Assembly: GCA_010093995.1 (NCBI GenBank)
Contig: ML992503.1
Location: forward strand, 921,234 to 985,233
Direction of reading: 5' to 3'
DNA from: Elsinoe ampelina
Lineage: Eukaryota
DNA length: 64,000 nt
The notes below the pieces were generated by a model. That model did no database searches and had not been told where the DNA came from. It saw only the letters and a program-made list of their open reading frames with translations. The first letter of the stretch is position 1; every line of letters starts with the position of its first letter. Both the position numbers and the translations under genes were made by a program. Positions 1-12,899 of this stretch are shown piece by piece.

Positions 1-1245
1 CGCCTCTACAGCAAGGAAGATATTCCTGGATTGTGTTGGTCGAACAGGCTGCAAGAAAAGCTTCATCCAGAGCGGACTGTGCCAGGTCGATCTTCTTTCA
101 CTGACAAGTTTGAGACGCAACCCGCCTTGAAGGCAAGACTCACTACAGTCGGAGAGATCCTGGCATTGTCGCAAGATCTTGGTATCAAGACTGAAGAACT
201 CCTGAAGGTAGCTCGATCAGCCGAACAGCCACATATCCGAGAAGCCAGCACAGAGTCAGAGCCACCAAAAACAGCCGCCGATATACCCTACTCCAAGTCT
301 GGATCGCTATTCTTGTACGTCTGCAGAGTCATGCGCAGGGTACTCTATTCTACACTGGCCCACGAGGAGGCATTACCTATCTTCCCTGCTCATAACGAGC
401 TGTTATCGAGCTTTGTCTCTGACTCTTCTGCTGCCGGAGCATTGATAGGATCGGAGCCCGAGGCGCTTCTCGATGCATTACTTGCGTTGGCTTTACTCGC
501 CGTCGAGAAGGACGAGGTCGGTCAACCCGAAAACACTGAGATGTTCAACCGGTATCTTCAATCCATGTCGCTTGTCTCGTCCAATTGTCCGTCGCCCGCT
601 CTTCGATACATCGCATACTACCTCACTACTACAACTTTGCGATCAAATCCTTCCGACGTGGAAAGACTAGCATTCATTCGAGACACTTTGGAGCACTGTC
701 CGTTTGACAATCTGCGAGTCACTGCGATAAGCTGGATCAAAGGTGAGACAATTGAGGCCAATGATCCTCGCAACCCTGCTCGGCCGAGCAGCTCTTCTGG
801 CAAAGACGCCACAAATACACGCAAAGAGGAATCGTCCATCTTCGCTACCCCTGTAGCACTCGACACGCTCTCGCCATATCTATTCCCGGACCTGACACAT
901 GACCTCTCTGCCGCGACAATTTCCGATGCATGGACGACCTTTGACCAGAATCTCCAATTCTACCTCGCGTCGTTGAACTTGTACTTCCTCTTATTGTCGG
1001 CAGAGCATTTGACCAAGACGCTCAACATCGGTGACTTGCACAAGAACAACGATATTGCAGGCTCATTCCTCGGTCCATTGAGGGAGGCTTCTTCACGATT
1101 CCAGGAAGATGCGAAATCTGGCGGAGAGCTGAGCAGACGATGGACGGAAGATGGAGATGTGAATGTTGAGCTTGCAAAGTTGCAGCTGCTGGATGCGACG
1201 CTGGAGAAAGTGACTGCAGGAGTGGTCAAGCTGAACGAGAAATGA
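1..1245 (+). CDS. YAP-binding/ALF4/glomulin-family protein (Ybp1-like), 5'-truncated by the window edge
   Basis: Long helical ORF open to a stop at 1245. C-terminal 'RLAFIRDTLEHCPFDNLRVTAISWIKGE' and 'FYLASLNLYFLL' segments resemble fungal Ybp1-like proteins. Confidence 0.65.
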   Translation, partial: RLYSKEDIPGLCWSNRLQEKLHPERTVPGRSSFTDKFETQPALKARLTTVGEILALSQDLGIKTEELLKVARSAEQPHIREASTESEPPKTAADIPYSKSGSLFLYVCRVMRRVLYSTLAHEEALPIFPAHNELLSSFVSDSSAAGALIGSEPEALLDALLALALLAVEKDEVGQPENTEMFNRYLQSMSLVSSNCPSPALRYIAYYLTTTTLRSNPSDVERLAFIRDTLEHCPFDNLRVTAISWIKGETIEANDPRNPARPSSSSGKDATNTRKEESSIFATPVALDTLSPYLFPDLTHDLSAATISDAWTTFDQNLQFYLASLNLYFLLLSAEHLTKTLNIGDLHKNNDIAGSFLGPLREASSRFQEDAKSGGELSRRWTEDGDVNVELAKLQLLDATLEKVTAGVVKLNEK

Positions 1246-1410
1246 TTGGAAACAAAAAATGGGACAATGTAGTCATAACGAATACACGAACGCAATGACT
1301 GTCAATCTTGCCATGTTCGTGCAGGCTACTGACTGATTGATATCCATTACACCCTTCCGAGCAGAGTATTCGCTAATGTACACACTCGAGTCTACTTATT
1401 GATTCCACCT

Positions 1411-3129
1411 TCACCTCCTTCCCAACCCCCACCTCGAAATCCGATCCTGAATCTCCTCCCACCTCACATCCAACAACCTCACCCCCTCCTCCTCCCCCTG
1501 CTGCACCACCACCGTCGGCGCCCCGCTCCCGCCCCCTACATTCTTCACCTGTCCCTCAAACACCCGTCTCGCCACCTCCCTCAACTCCTTGACCCCCACC
1601 CGATCGATCCGTTCAATCATCTCCTTGACCCCGACCCTCCTCCCATGGACCTGCACCTGCCTCCCCAAATCCTCCAACTCGACCATTCGACTCTCGAGGT
1701 TCATGAGCAGACTACTTTTGAGCTGATTCTTGGCGCGCTGCACCTCCCCCTCTCCCAGTCGACCGAAACCGGTCTCCGCCTTGAGGAGGGACAGTTCGCG
1801 ACACATGACCTCGAGCATACGCATGGTGTACTGCGTCCCGCACGCCGCGGAGATGCCGAAGATGCCGCTGTCCGTGTAGGCGTGGTTGAACGAGACGCAG
1901 TTCTCCACCCAGCCGTGTTGGTTGAGCACGTTGGTGTAGAGGCGCGAGTACATGCCTTTGCCGGGTCCGCCGGCGGAGAAGGAGCCGCCGCCGCCGAGGA
2001 GGGTTTGGAGCGTGGCGAGGGCGTAGATGTCGTCGGAGGAGATGGGGAGGGCTTCGAAGGCGAGGTGGATGTGGGACAGGCGGGGGAGGGCGGGGTTGGG
2101 TGGGATGGGGAGTGCGGGGAGGGTGAGGAAACCGCCTGTGTAGGTCGAGGGGAGGTTGGTGGGGATGGGTTGGTCGAGAGGGTGGGGGATGATGCGGGAG
2201 GGGTCGAGAGGGTGGATGGTCGCGGGGCGGGGCGCTGAGGTGGAGATGTTTTTGAGGAAGGGGATTTTGGACATGAGGCGAGATTTGTCTTGTGAAGGGG
2301 TCGAGGAGGGAGGGTATGGTGGTTGAATGGGGGTGTCGGACGTGGTTTTGGGTTGTGAGGAGGGACGGTCTGAGGCTTTCATGTCGCCGAAATATTGCTC
2401 AGCAAGCTGGACGGCTTGTGCGTGCTCGACTCCAGCGAAGGCGACCACGATCCTCTCTGGCCGGTAGAAGGCTTTTCGATATGCTTCGACAGTCCGCTTG
2501 TTGATTGAGGTCAGTCGCTCTTTTGGACACAGCAGCGGGTTGCCCAGCGTGTTGTCCTTATATGCAGCCATGTGTACCAGCTCCGGAAGTATCAATTCCG
2601 GCTTCCCCCAGATCTCACCAATCTCGTAGTCTGCCGTCTCCAATTGTCTTTCGACCTCCTCTTCTGTGATCTCAGCATCTCTTACTGTCTCTGCTAGTAG
2701 TGCTGTCGTGGTCGGTACCGCGTCGTTGAATGTGGCCGCCTGGTACATGAGGGACTCTCTTGATGATGCGCACTGAATATTGCCTCCAAGCGATTCCATC
2801 TGCTCAATCATTTGGTCCGCTGTCCGCTTCGTCGTCGATTTGAAAGCCAAGCGATCTATGATATGTGATACTCCTCGTAATGCATCGTTCTCGTATCTTG
2901 AACCAGCATCGACATAGACTCCCACTCCAGAGAATGCCCCAGGAAGAGCTTCGCTTGCGACCCGGACTCCGTTAGCCAGAGTAGTGACCTGGTCGAGGTC
3001 GGCGACATCTTTGGCGTTATCTGTGACTGTCGCATATTGTCGCAAAGCTGCTTGTGCATTCCAAGGGACTATAATACCCTTTTTCGGAAGCCTCCGCAGC
3101 GCTTGCGAAGGTATCCGCGCTGTGGACAT
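1411..3129 (-). CDS. MAS2: Mitochondrial processing peptidase alpha subunit (M16 family)
   Basis: GVYVDAGSRYE, GVSHIIDRLAFKST and the glycine-rich loop GGGGSFSAGGPGKGMYSRLY. Arg-rich presequence from ATG 3129. Confidence 0.95.
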   Translation of the reverse strand: MSTARIPSQALRRLPKKGIIVPWNAQAALRQYATVTDNAKDVADLDQVTTLANGVRVASEALPGAFSGVGVYVDAGSRYENDALRGVSHIIDRLAFKSTTKRTADQMIEQMESLGGNIQCASSRESLMYQAATFNDAVPTTTALLAETVRDAEITEEEVERQLETADYEIGEIWGKPELILPELVHMAAYKDNTLGNPLLCPKERLTSINKRTVEAYRKAFYRPERIVVAFAGVEHAQAVQLAEQYFGDMKASDRPSSQPKTTSDTPIQPPYPPSSTPSQDKSRLMSKIPFLKNISTSAPRPATIHPLDPSRIIPHPLDQPIPTNLPSTYTGGFLTLPALPIPPNPALPRLSHIHLAFEALPISSDDIYALATLQTLLGGGGSFSAGGPGKGMYSRLYTNVLNQHGWVENCVSFNHAYTDSGIFGISAACGTQYTMRMLEVMCRELSLLKAETGFGRLGEGEVQRAKNQLKSSLLMNLESRMVELEDLGRQVQVHGRRVGVKEMIERIDRVGVKELREVARRVFEGQVKNVGGGSGAPTVVVQQGEEEGVRLLDVRWEEIQDRISRWGLGRR

Positions 3130-3707
3130 GGTGTGTGGGTGTGTAGAGAGTAAGAAGAGCTCATCAGATAAATTTCTGGTCCATGTCACGAATCGCCGGC
3201 TGACGTCGGACCACGGAGGCTAGGGACGGCTATTTCTTGGCACATCTCACGTGCTCCGCTTGGTCTTTCCGAGCCCAGTCGCATACATTGTCTGTTGTTT
3301 GGCAGGCACGACGTGAATGCAAGGATTTGGATTCGGCTATCAACATGTGAATGCCGCAGAAAGCTCTGCCTTTGTGACTTGTCGAGAAAAGGCATCATCT
3401 CAGGCAGAAAAGTTGTGGTTGAGGGTCTCGGATCTGGCAGATCATCAACATCCCCCGACCCTGTTCAGCGATAGCCGCTCTTCTCAGCCTGCTTTACTAC
3501 ACTCACCATTACCAAAAGGACCCTTGTCGTGTTTGCAGTCCTTGTTTTGCGCCTTAGCAACCATCTGTTATATACATTCGCCTGTCCTTCGTCCCCTATC
3601 AAGTCGGCGCTTCGCATGGACAGGAGAGGCATTTAAGGCAGGAACCGAGCCGCTGCCGTCATCATTTCACTGGTCTCGCATCAACGACAAGCAAATCGCC
3701 GGAGGAA

Positions 3708-5483
3708 ATGCTGGACAGTAGTACAGCCACTGTAGCAACCTCCATATCCACGTCCAACTCGTCTGCCACTCCTTCATCACCAACGAGGCCCGGTCGTCTG
3801 CGGGGTCTGAGCTACCTGCGAAACTACACTCACCTTCACGCCCCTCGGACCCCTCTAAATCGCTCACACACTTCTCCGGCCAGTCCCAGTCCCCACGGAT
3901 CGCCGAATAGCAATACAAGGACAGATAATCCAGTGAATAGTCCGCAAAGATCAAATACAACAAACGGGAATCACACTGGTCGGGTGTCGACGGTAGGAGG
4001 ACAGAGTGGGATAACTGGGGTCGCGCCTGCTCCTCAAGCCACTCAAGAGCCGTCTAGCACGACCATGACCCGGATAAGAGCAGAGACATACGTCGATAGA
4101 GGGTCGGAGAGAATGACGAACGACTCCGCTCCACCAGCTGTCGCTCGCAGCATGTCAGCAGATGCGGGAGAATTGCTCAACAACGTCGGGTCCGAGAGGA
4201 AGCCTCAACCTACCATCCGATTAATACCGCACCATGAGACTCGCTCTTCACGACCTTCGCTCACCTTTCCAATCGTCAGTCGGAGTCTACAGAATGAAAA
4301 TGCCGTCATTAGGGTCGGGCGGTACTCAGAGAGGGACAATCAAGCGGCCGCGGCAGAGGATAGTCCAAATGCTGTGGCACCAGTCGGATTCAAGAGCAAA
4401 GTCGTGTCACGAAGACACTGTGAGTTTTGGTGCGCCAACAACCAATGGTACATCAAGGATGTTAAGAGCAGCTCTGGTACCTTTCTCAACCATGTGCGGC
4501 TTAGCGCAGCTGGAACAGAATCGCGACCCTACCCCGTCAACGACGGTGACATCGTACAGCTCGGAATTGACTTTAAAGGAGGAGAGGAGGTCATTTTCCG
4601 TTGTGTCAAGATGCGAGTAGAATGCAACCGCTCGTGGCAAAAGGGTCTGAACCAATTCAAGTAAGTCTGCTTTTCATTTCGTCCTCCTCCATTGCTGACC
4701 GATTCCAGCACACAAACGCACAAAAGACTCCGTAACCTCGCTTCCGCCTCTTCTGAAAAGAAAGACAGCGACACCGCCTCCGTCAACTCCTCCGAATGCG
4801 CCATCTGCCTCAACCCAGTTGCACCATGCCAAGCCCTCTTCGTCGCCCCCTGCTCCCACGTCTGGCACTACAAGTGCATCCGCACTCTAATCTACCCAGA
4901 CTGGCCTTCCTTCCAATGTCCCAACTGCCGCGCCTACGCCGACCTCGAAGCTGAAGTCGAGCCCGCGGAAGTCGACTCGGACGTCGAAATCGCCAAAGCA
5001 CTCCGGCGAAGCGAGCAAGACACCAACGGCGGAGGGGAAGGTAGCAGCGACGACGCCGATACCCATGTCAGAGGCGAGTTACAACACTCCACAACTCGCC
5101 GCACCCTCATCGACCCCTCTGACGACGCAGCCGGTAGCGCCAGCGACGCCAGCGCAGACGAGGACATCAGCAGAGCTATGAACTCCACCAGCCTCTCATC
5201 ACGCGAAGGCCGCTCCGAACCTGTCGCTGTGCCGGGCAGCTCTCGCACAGCCGTTCCAGGAGGGAGCAGTGATCCTGTGGGCGCCAGGTCCACGACGCCG
5301 ACGAGCACGGCTCAATTCGCGCTGGCCGCGAGCGTGTTGGGCGGGCCAGATGGACCGATGACGCCTCGCAACGACGCAGGACCGTTCGTGCTGGATGCTG
5401 CTGTTGAGGGGTCGGGAGTGAGCAGGAAGGGAGGAAGGAGGGAAGGGCAAGGGGAGGAGGAGAGGAGCGTGGGGATTGACTAA
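3708..5483 (+). CDS. DMA1: FHA + RING E3 ubiquitin ligase (Dma1/Chfr-like)
   Basis: FHA motifs (VGRYSER, FKSKVVSRRH, DVKSSSGTFLNH) followed by a RING-H2 (CAIC...CSHVWHYKC...CPNC). Intron 4661-4708 (GTAAGT...GCTGAC...CAG). Confidence 0.93.
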
Positions 5484-6020
5484 TCGAGTCTTTTTTGGGA
5501 ATTACCTGCATGATGTGGAAAGGCATGGATACGACGAAGGGTACGGAAGGATGTTAATAACCCCGTCAAGTACGAGCGGGAAAGTGTATAGATTATCTCC
5601 CGTGGAACAGCATCTTCACGTTTCATCATCAGCATCATCTTCATCCAAAGGCAAGCAGAGTGTGAAGCCTGTACATTATCTACCTGTCCCCTTCCCGGGA
5701 ATGACTCGCTATGTGGTTCGCATAAGGCAGATGGTGGCAAAAATTTCGTCAGAAAGGACGAGAAACGCTCGTCGAACAAAGTGGGTATCCATGAATCGTA
5801 AGCAGTCGGTGAAGCAAAAGGACGCCTCGTCGCCGCGTGTGTTTTCCGTCGTCGTCCGTGTCCTGGCGTCGCTCGTGTCGTCCTGATCCTGATCCCATAC
5901 CCAAGATGACCCCAAATGCACCGGGTCCGCTCCCATCCCAACAATCACATATCCCATCTCGTCCCATCTCACGCATCACCCCCGCGTCCCTCAACGTCTC
6001 CGCCTCTCTTCGTCCAGGCA

Positions 6021-9000
6021 CTACCCCGCCGACCTCGCATTCCAAGCCTGATGATACCTCAACAACACTGTTCCCCGTCAGCACCCCGTCACTATACCCA
6101 CTAGATTTTCTCATAAAAACTCACCGTTCAAAACCTCCCTCTGCCCCCTCCCGTCCTCACAAGCAACCACCACCTCCCCCTCCTCCCCCACCATCTCAAG
6201 CACAACGCTATACGCCAACTCCATATCATCCGCCCTGGGCACGAACACCCGTTCAAACTCCCTCAAATGCCAGGCTTTACCCCCGCTCCGTCCTCCCGCC
6301 CCTACTACACCGCCGGCATTGTACAGACTCATCGGGACGTTGGCCCCGGAGTGGCCGTGGCGGGTAGAGTAGCTGCTTTTGTCGTTGACGCTGAACACGA
6401 GGTTGCCTTGGGTGTCGATCTCGACGAAGCGACGTTTCCAGAGGCCGGTGTGGGGGAATTGGACGTTGACGTCTCCGATGCGGATTGGTGGGAGGGGGGA
6501 GCTGGGCGAGGCGAGCATCGAGTTGGGGGAGAGGGAGGGCTCGAAGCCGTGCAGAGAGAAGGCGGGTTCGGGCGGGAGGGGTTTGTCGGTGCTGAGCGCT
6601 GGGGATTTTGGGGCGGGGGTTTGCGGTTGGGTGGGCGTGGGTGGCGGGAGGTCACTGCGGCGTTTGGAGCTGCGGGTTACGGCGGACAGACCGGACATGC
6701 GTTTGAGGAAGCGGGAGGTGCGGTCGCGTTTGGAGGAGGGGGCGGGGGAGGGGGCGTCGGGTTTGAGGGGTGAGGGGGGTCGGGGTGGGGCGATGGAGCT
6801 GGTGTAGGTGCCGGCCAGGCTGTCGAGGCGGGATTCGTGAGATTTGGCGCGGTGGAAGGAGAAGCGTTTGAACTTGCTAGAGTCGGCGGACTGGCGGTTC
6901 GTGGAGGCTATTGAGCGTTCTCGCGGAGCTGGTGGCCATGAGGGAGGATCTAGAGCTGGGTTCTCCGAATCTGAGTCAAATGTGATAGCTGGTGTTTCGA
7001 GATTTGCAGGGGCCTCGTTGTAGGTACGGGCGTTGGGGCGAACAATCTTTGCTGTAACAGATACTGACTGCCGACGAGTATCCGGGTCGGTATGTACTGT
7101 GTAGTATGCATTGGTCTCCTTTGGCGTATTGATCGGCTTGGGAGCTTCCCTGTGTCCAGACAACATGCCAATCGATCGCAGCCGGTCCTTGAGCATATCA
7201 GGATTAGTTGAGGCAGTGCTAGACGGGCGGTTAGAGAAGAAGCTCTTGTTGAAGAGACCGCCATTGGACAAGGGCGGAGTCGGGAGAGCCTTCGGGGAAG
7301 GTAGTGGGCTGCCTTCTCTTGACTTTTGTTCAAGCTTCGCTATCCGCTGCGAGATGCCTGAACCAAGTTGACCCTTTCTGGAAGGAGTGATAAGATCTTT
7401 CTGTTCATTCGGACTTGAGGTGTCTACCGGACTTGAGTGAGTCGTCCTGGCTCTGCGGACCGTTGGTATGACTTCTTCAGTATTGAGTGTCCTTGAATAC
7501 ATTGTTGGAATCGAAGGGCTTGTCTTCACACGTTCTAAAGGTAACCTTGTGTGTGGGGGTGTCTTTGGTCTCTGGGTCGGAGTCGACGCTGATCCCATCG
7601 AAAATACGCTCGCCTTCTTAGCAACCACAGGCGTTGCAGGAGATCTCAAGACGGCCATCGACTTTGCTTCGTGTACCGTAGCAGTCGTGAAGTACTCGAA
7701 TTCAGACCCGTCAGCGCTCGTCGTTTTTTCGCCTTGACTTTGCTCTGTTGGTATGGCGAGGGGCGCGATGATACCACGTCGTTTCCGACGCTGGGTGTCC
7801 TCATCAATGTGGACCGACTCTGGAGAGACTGAACGATCCTGCAGCTCAGACGCATCTGACAGCCAAGTATTGCGATTCGACTTTTCTGACGCAGTGTCAA
7901 AGAATGCCTCTTGGTCTTGGTGCGTTTCTTTGGTGGAGATGGAGTCCTCGTATAGCGCTGTCTTTCCCAATTCATCTGTAGGTGCAAGTGAGACATCGCG
8001 AGTGCTGTCGGCTTCGGAGAAGAAAGTCGATGTCTGCTGCTGGTTGGCAGGCGGCGTACTCTCATCGTCGGTCGCACCCGACGTAGTAGGCTTGAGATCA
8101 TCTTCCTTCGCCTCAGTCGCCTCCTGTCCAGTGCTCTCTTCTTCTTCTACTGCTTCTTCAGCAGGTACTGCTGGCGGTGGTAGGTCCGTGACTGCATCCG
8201 TAGTCTGCAAAGGTAGAGCATTCGATGGTAGCACTGGACTGGAAGGAACGCCGGCATCAGAGGGAGACGAGTCCGCACCTAATACTGGGTCTACACCAGG
8301 AGAATCTTCCTGATCGTCTCCAGGCAAGTCCTGCAGAGATGGCTCTTCTGCAGGTGCAGCCTTTATCTCATGCTCGTCTTCTCCCGCCTCAGCCTGCTGT
8401 GGCTCTTCCGGCAACACTGTCGACTCTGGCTGTTCACCGTCCTCCTCCGTCACGGTGTCTTGATCGGCAGGAGTCGTCTCTGAGACGTCCTTGGTCATCT
8501 CAACTCCAGAGTCTGATTTCTTTGCGCTTTGAGCAGATAGGGAGACCCTCGCTTCTGACTTTGCTGCGGGACTGCCCACATCTTGCTCATCAATGACCGA
8601 AGGTGTGACAGTGTCGCCTATCGGTATGTCTGATGCGAAAGTAGCTGTGCTCCCAGAAGAAGTTACTCGTTGCGACTGTCGCAGATGCCGTCTACGCATC
8701 TCCACAGCCTTGAGGAGCCTCTGCTTCTCCGGTGTGAGTGGCGTTTTTGGTCGTAAAGCTTTCCCAGATCGGAAGCTGGCTGCGGACTGAGGCCTTGAAG
8801 GACCCGCTGGTATAATTGGTAGAGCCTCGTCTGGAGCGTCCATGGTGGAGGCCAGCGCGGGTTGCGGCTTTGGCTGAGAACTCGAGCTCGAAGTCGGCCG
8901 TTCTAACATAGCATCGTCCATGGCATTGGCCGACGGCGCACTCGTATCCGAACACATCAGAGTATCTACAGACTGCTTGCGAATTTGGATTCGCGCCGGT

Positions 9001-10066
9001 AGAGTGGCGGTTGCTCGTCTAGTCATGGATGGCATCTGCCCAATCTTTTTGCGGTCTGATATTTGCACTGGTCGTGGACCGAGCTTGACTTTGGGACGGA
9101 AGTCGAATATCTCCAAGTCTTTGAGAACAGCGCTATCCGGGCGAGCATCTGGATCTGCTCGTATTGGATCGTAAGGATTCGGCGAGAAGGGACGCTCCAA
9201 AGGTGGCGCAGAACTGGCTGAATCTGTTTGTTCCAGCTGTGAAGTTTCCAAGGTAGGCTCAGTGGTTGCTATCGATGCTTGCTCTGCTTGCTCATCTGCC
9301 TGATCCGTGACTGGATCCACAATGATGATGGGTGACCGGGGCTGCTCCAAAGGCGAGTCCGTCTCCAAGGCCGTCGTCTCACCTGCGTCCGCATGTGCCT
9401 CTTGAAGTGGGTCTTTGTTCTCTTGCTCGGTGTTTGCCACGGTGGACGGCAGCTTTGGAACGATCGGTATGGATCGTTTGTAAGCAGTCATCCTGTCGAG
9501 AGCGGCCTTCCTGCTCATCTTGGAAGGAGCAGGGGACACACTGGTCGGACGGGAGGCCGGCGAGGAAGGCTCCTCTGCATCCTCCGTAATCTCATCCAAC
9601 TGGTTGGCCGAGACAGAAGCCGCTCCAGCGTGCAGTGGGAAAGTCGCGGCCAGATTGGTATCGCTCAGCCCATCAACCGTGGTGATGTCGAGAAGTGCAT
9701 CGTACGGCGAGTATTTCTCTATGACATCCTTGAAGTGTACAGCCGTCCTGACTTGAAGTAATCTCGAGGTTCCTTCGGGTATGTATTTTATCAACACTCT
9801 CTTTCTCCGAAACATAATCACGCCGTACAAGGGCGATTTCTCTTCATAGTTGGTCATGCAGGTGCGCGCTTCGAAGACTCCAGATGCGCCAGTCCCAAAG
9901 ATTTCGACGGTGTCGCGCGACACGTACTTGAGCAGAAACCTGAGGTGGATTAGTATCCAAAACTTGCGGCTGTTCGACAAAGCCATGCTCACCATCCTGC
10001 TGGTTCCGATATGGCTGTTGTAAAGGCCTGTATGATGCCCGGGCTGTCCAGACCATTCAATGACAT
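6021..10066 (-). CDS. Large protein with N-terminal ADF-H-like domain, low-complexity middle and C-terminal PH-like domain
   Basis: Start MSLNGLDS at 10066; intron 9940-9992; 'WFLLKYVSRDTV...PLYG...RRKRVLIKYIPEGTSRL'. C-terminal 'GDVNVQFPHTGLWKRRFVEID'. Last intron ~6068-6125 leads to a stop at 6021. Confidence 0.75.
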
Positions 10067-11112
10067 TTTCTAGGGAGCGTAGAGTATTCCGCTTCCCTCA
10101 GTTTGATTATATCAATCCTAGATCTCGTGCGACATTGCCGGCCGGACGTGAAGCTTCCCTGCGTTTAGTCCGTCGATCCCGGTGCATTGCGCGATGAGAG
10201 CGCCTTCAGCTGCAGTCGATGTGTCAGAGGAGCGAGTGAGTCCAGTATGCGCGCGCAAGAATCCAGGAGGCAGGGGTTGTATATGAGGTCGAGATTTGGT
10301 TCGGCTACCACACGTGGGCTCGCATGGCCAAGAAGTGGAAGTCAAGCACCTTCAGGATTGCGGTACGGCGGGAATGACGGGGGTCTATGCAGGCACCGAC
10401 CAAGGCCGGCTCACGTTCAATTGGTTAAAAGAGCACTGTACGGATCATGGCTTAGTGGTACCACTACGGAGTCGTCCTCCCGCGAGCGAACCCTTGCAGG
10501 CTAAGCTCGGGTAGTGGACGGTGTGTGGTTGAAACAATAACACGGGCTCATGACAGGTCAAGTCACAGGAAGGACAATCTGATTACCACATGAAGCGACG
10601 GTTCATCAAGCTGAAGTGAAATCGACTTTGCGATAGACGCGCCCATGTTTGAAAAAGCAAAGAGTTCGATGTTTGGCATGAAAGCCATTCATGGTCATCA
10701 TCCCTGCTCGAGTGCGCAATCGGAGGTTCTGACTGGTGCTCGCTCTTCTGGGGCATCATGGCAATATAATTTGATCCGCGGGTGGCTGCATCATGGTCTC
10801 ACTTGCGCGAAGTCGTTAGAGGAAAGTTGAACGGAGCCGCATCATTCTTGACCGGCCTTCTCCCCTGCCGCATCTTTCTGGTCGACTCGTTTTGCAGTAT
10901 CTCCTGCAATGCTCAATTGCATCGCATACAGTGCACTTAGTTCTGCCTGATCAAGTCCTATGCGGCTTGCGAAATCAGTCAGGTCTCCTATCGAATTATG
11001 GTAGGTTAGTTGCACTGGACCAAGGAAAGCTGAGTAGCATGTCCCACACTTTGCTCCATTCTCCTCCTTGATATCTTTGCCAACGGTACCCCTTTTGGAC
11101 AACACTTCGACA

Positions 11113-11715
11113 ATGGCATCCCCCGAATCTGCGACTCTACCACCTGTCAATGAGTTGAAGACTCTGTCAACTGAGTCGAGGGCGAATGTGTTAGATCTAC
11201 TCTTCGAACCAAGTCAGCAGCTTCACACACTCACTGTAGAACTTCTCAAGACACAGGCATTTGAGTCATACGATGATCTGATCGCTTCAGTCGGAGTCCA
11301 GCTGACTGAGCTTGCTGAATCATCATCAAAGAGTGATACTGAATGGTTGGAGGCAATCCTGGGTTCTCATCCGCGACTTGGTGCGAAGAAGGTCGAAAGC
11401 GCACAGAGCCAAGCCGAGCAGGCCAATTTGCAGAAAGGGAGTGCAACCGAAGCAGAGCAGCTGCAGAAACTCAATGAAGAATACGAGACAACGTATCCTG
11501 GGCTGAAATATGTTGTCTTTGTCAATGGCCGGGATAGGCCTACCATTATGGAGGACATGCGCCGTCGGATAGCCCTAAAGGACATCTCAGGGGAGCGCCA
11601 TGCTGCGATTAAGGTGACATCGCCCGCAGCGAATGCTACCTCGTACGAACTGCTAATGACGCTACAGGCAATGTGTGAAATAGCTGCGGATAGAGCCAGA
11701 AAACTGCTTGGATAG
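11113..11715 (+). CDS. OHCU decarboxylase (purine/urate catabolism)
   Basis: LDLLFEPS, HPRLG, SQAEQ, LNEEYE..YPGLKYVVFVNGR and final EIAADR motifs. Likely intron 11614-11667. Confidence 0.9.
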   Translation: MASPESATLPPVNELKTLSTESRANVLDLLFEPSQQLHTLTVELLKTQAFESYDDLIASVGVQLTELAESSSKSDTEWLEAILGSHPRLGAKKVESAQSQAEQANLQKGSATEAEQLQKLNEEYETTYPGLKYVVFVNGRDRPTIMEDMRRRIALKDISGERHAAIKVTSPAANATSYELLMTLQAMCEIAADRARKLLG

Positions 11716-11925
11716 TGAAGAAGACATGCACGTTCCTACAACACCCGAGCCCGAGGTGGTGACGGTTGATGCATCTCTGCCCCACCAGAAACTCGAAGCT
11801 TTCTTCTGCCCCTCACAACACAAGAAAGGCACTTTCTCCGTCACCGCAACCAGATCACTTCACATAGTTACAGAATTGTATACACATTTGCATAGTCTCA
11901 ATTCTAATACTGTACCACCTTCAGC

Positions 11926-12764
11926 ATGGCTCGCAAATTCTTTGTTGGAGGCAACTTCAAGATGTGCGTCTCAACGTCGAGCCAGATCAAGCAGCAATTG
12001 ACCTCATCGCAGGAATGGCTCGATTGAGACCATCAAGAAGATTGTCAGCGACTTGAATGAGGCGAAGACCGACTCCAACACAGGTACGCATGTCTGAACA
12101 ATGCTCGTACTGTACCTAATCCATTGCAGAGGTCGTGATCGCGCCCCCAGCCTTGTATCTCCTCCTTGCTCGCGAGCATCTCAAGAAAGAGTACGAAGTC
12201 GCGGCCCAGAACGTCTTTGACAAGGGTAATGGCGCATTCACCGGCGAGATCTCGGTCGCTCAATTGAAGGATTCCGGCATCACATGGGCCATCATCGGCC
12301 ACTCCGAGCGACGCACCATTCTGCAGGAGACAGACACGTTCGTCGCATCCAAGACCAAGGCCTCCCTTGATGGCGGGCTCGGTGTCGTCCTTTGCTGCGG
12401 AGAGAGCCTGGAACAGCGCGAGGCCAATAAGACCATTGAGGTGGTCACGACACAATTGTCAGCAGTCGCGAAAGAAGTCAAGGATTGGAGCAAGATTGTC
12501 ATCGCGTACGAGCCTATCTGGGCTATCGGTACTGGCAAGGTCGCTTCCACCCAGCAAGCGCAGGAAGTCCACGCTGCTATTCGAGAATGGCTCGCAAAGG
12601 ACGTCAGTAAGGATGCCGCTGAGAACACCCGCATCATCTACGGAGGAAGCGTGACCGATTCCAACTGCAAGGAGCTGGCCAAGGAGAAGGATATTGATGG
12701 GTTCCTCGTCGGTGGCGCCAGTCTCAAGCCAGCTTTCCACCAGATCATCAATGCTCGTCAGTGA
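11926..12764 (+). CDS. TPI1: Triosephosphate isomerase
   Basis: [13 protein letters not shown] start, [31 protein letters not shown]. Two 5' introns (~11964-12012, ~12083-12129). Confidence 0.98.
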
Positions 12765-12899
12765 CTACAGCCACGTCTCTGAGGGAGTAGAAAAGTTTTG
12801 ATATGGGGGATATCCTGCCAAGAATGAAGCCTTCATGACCGTCTTTTGTTCCCTGCGCCGCCCGCTATGCTTAAAGACACTCGTAACGTACAAGTCCAA

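Noticed and set aside
1399..2238. 279-aa + strand ORF; similar ones at 18142-19104, 16827-17636, 59777-60475 and 59883-60515
   Set aside because: Antisense or alternate-frame shadows of real genes caused by extreme C/G codon skew; low-complexity translations.
11614..11667. In-frame, stop-free 54-nt intron in OHCU decarboxylase as regulated retention
   Set aside because: Canonical splice signals; short 3n stop-free introns occur commonly by chance.
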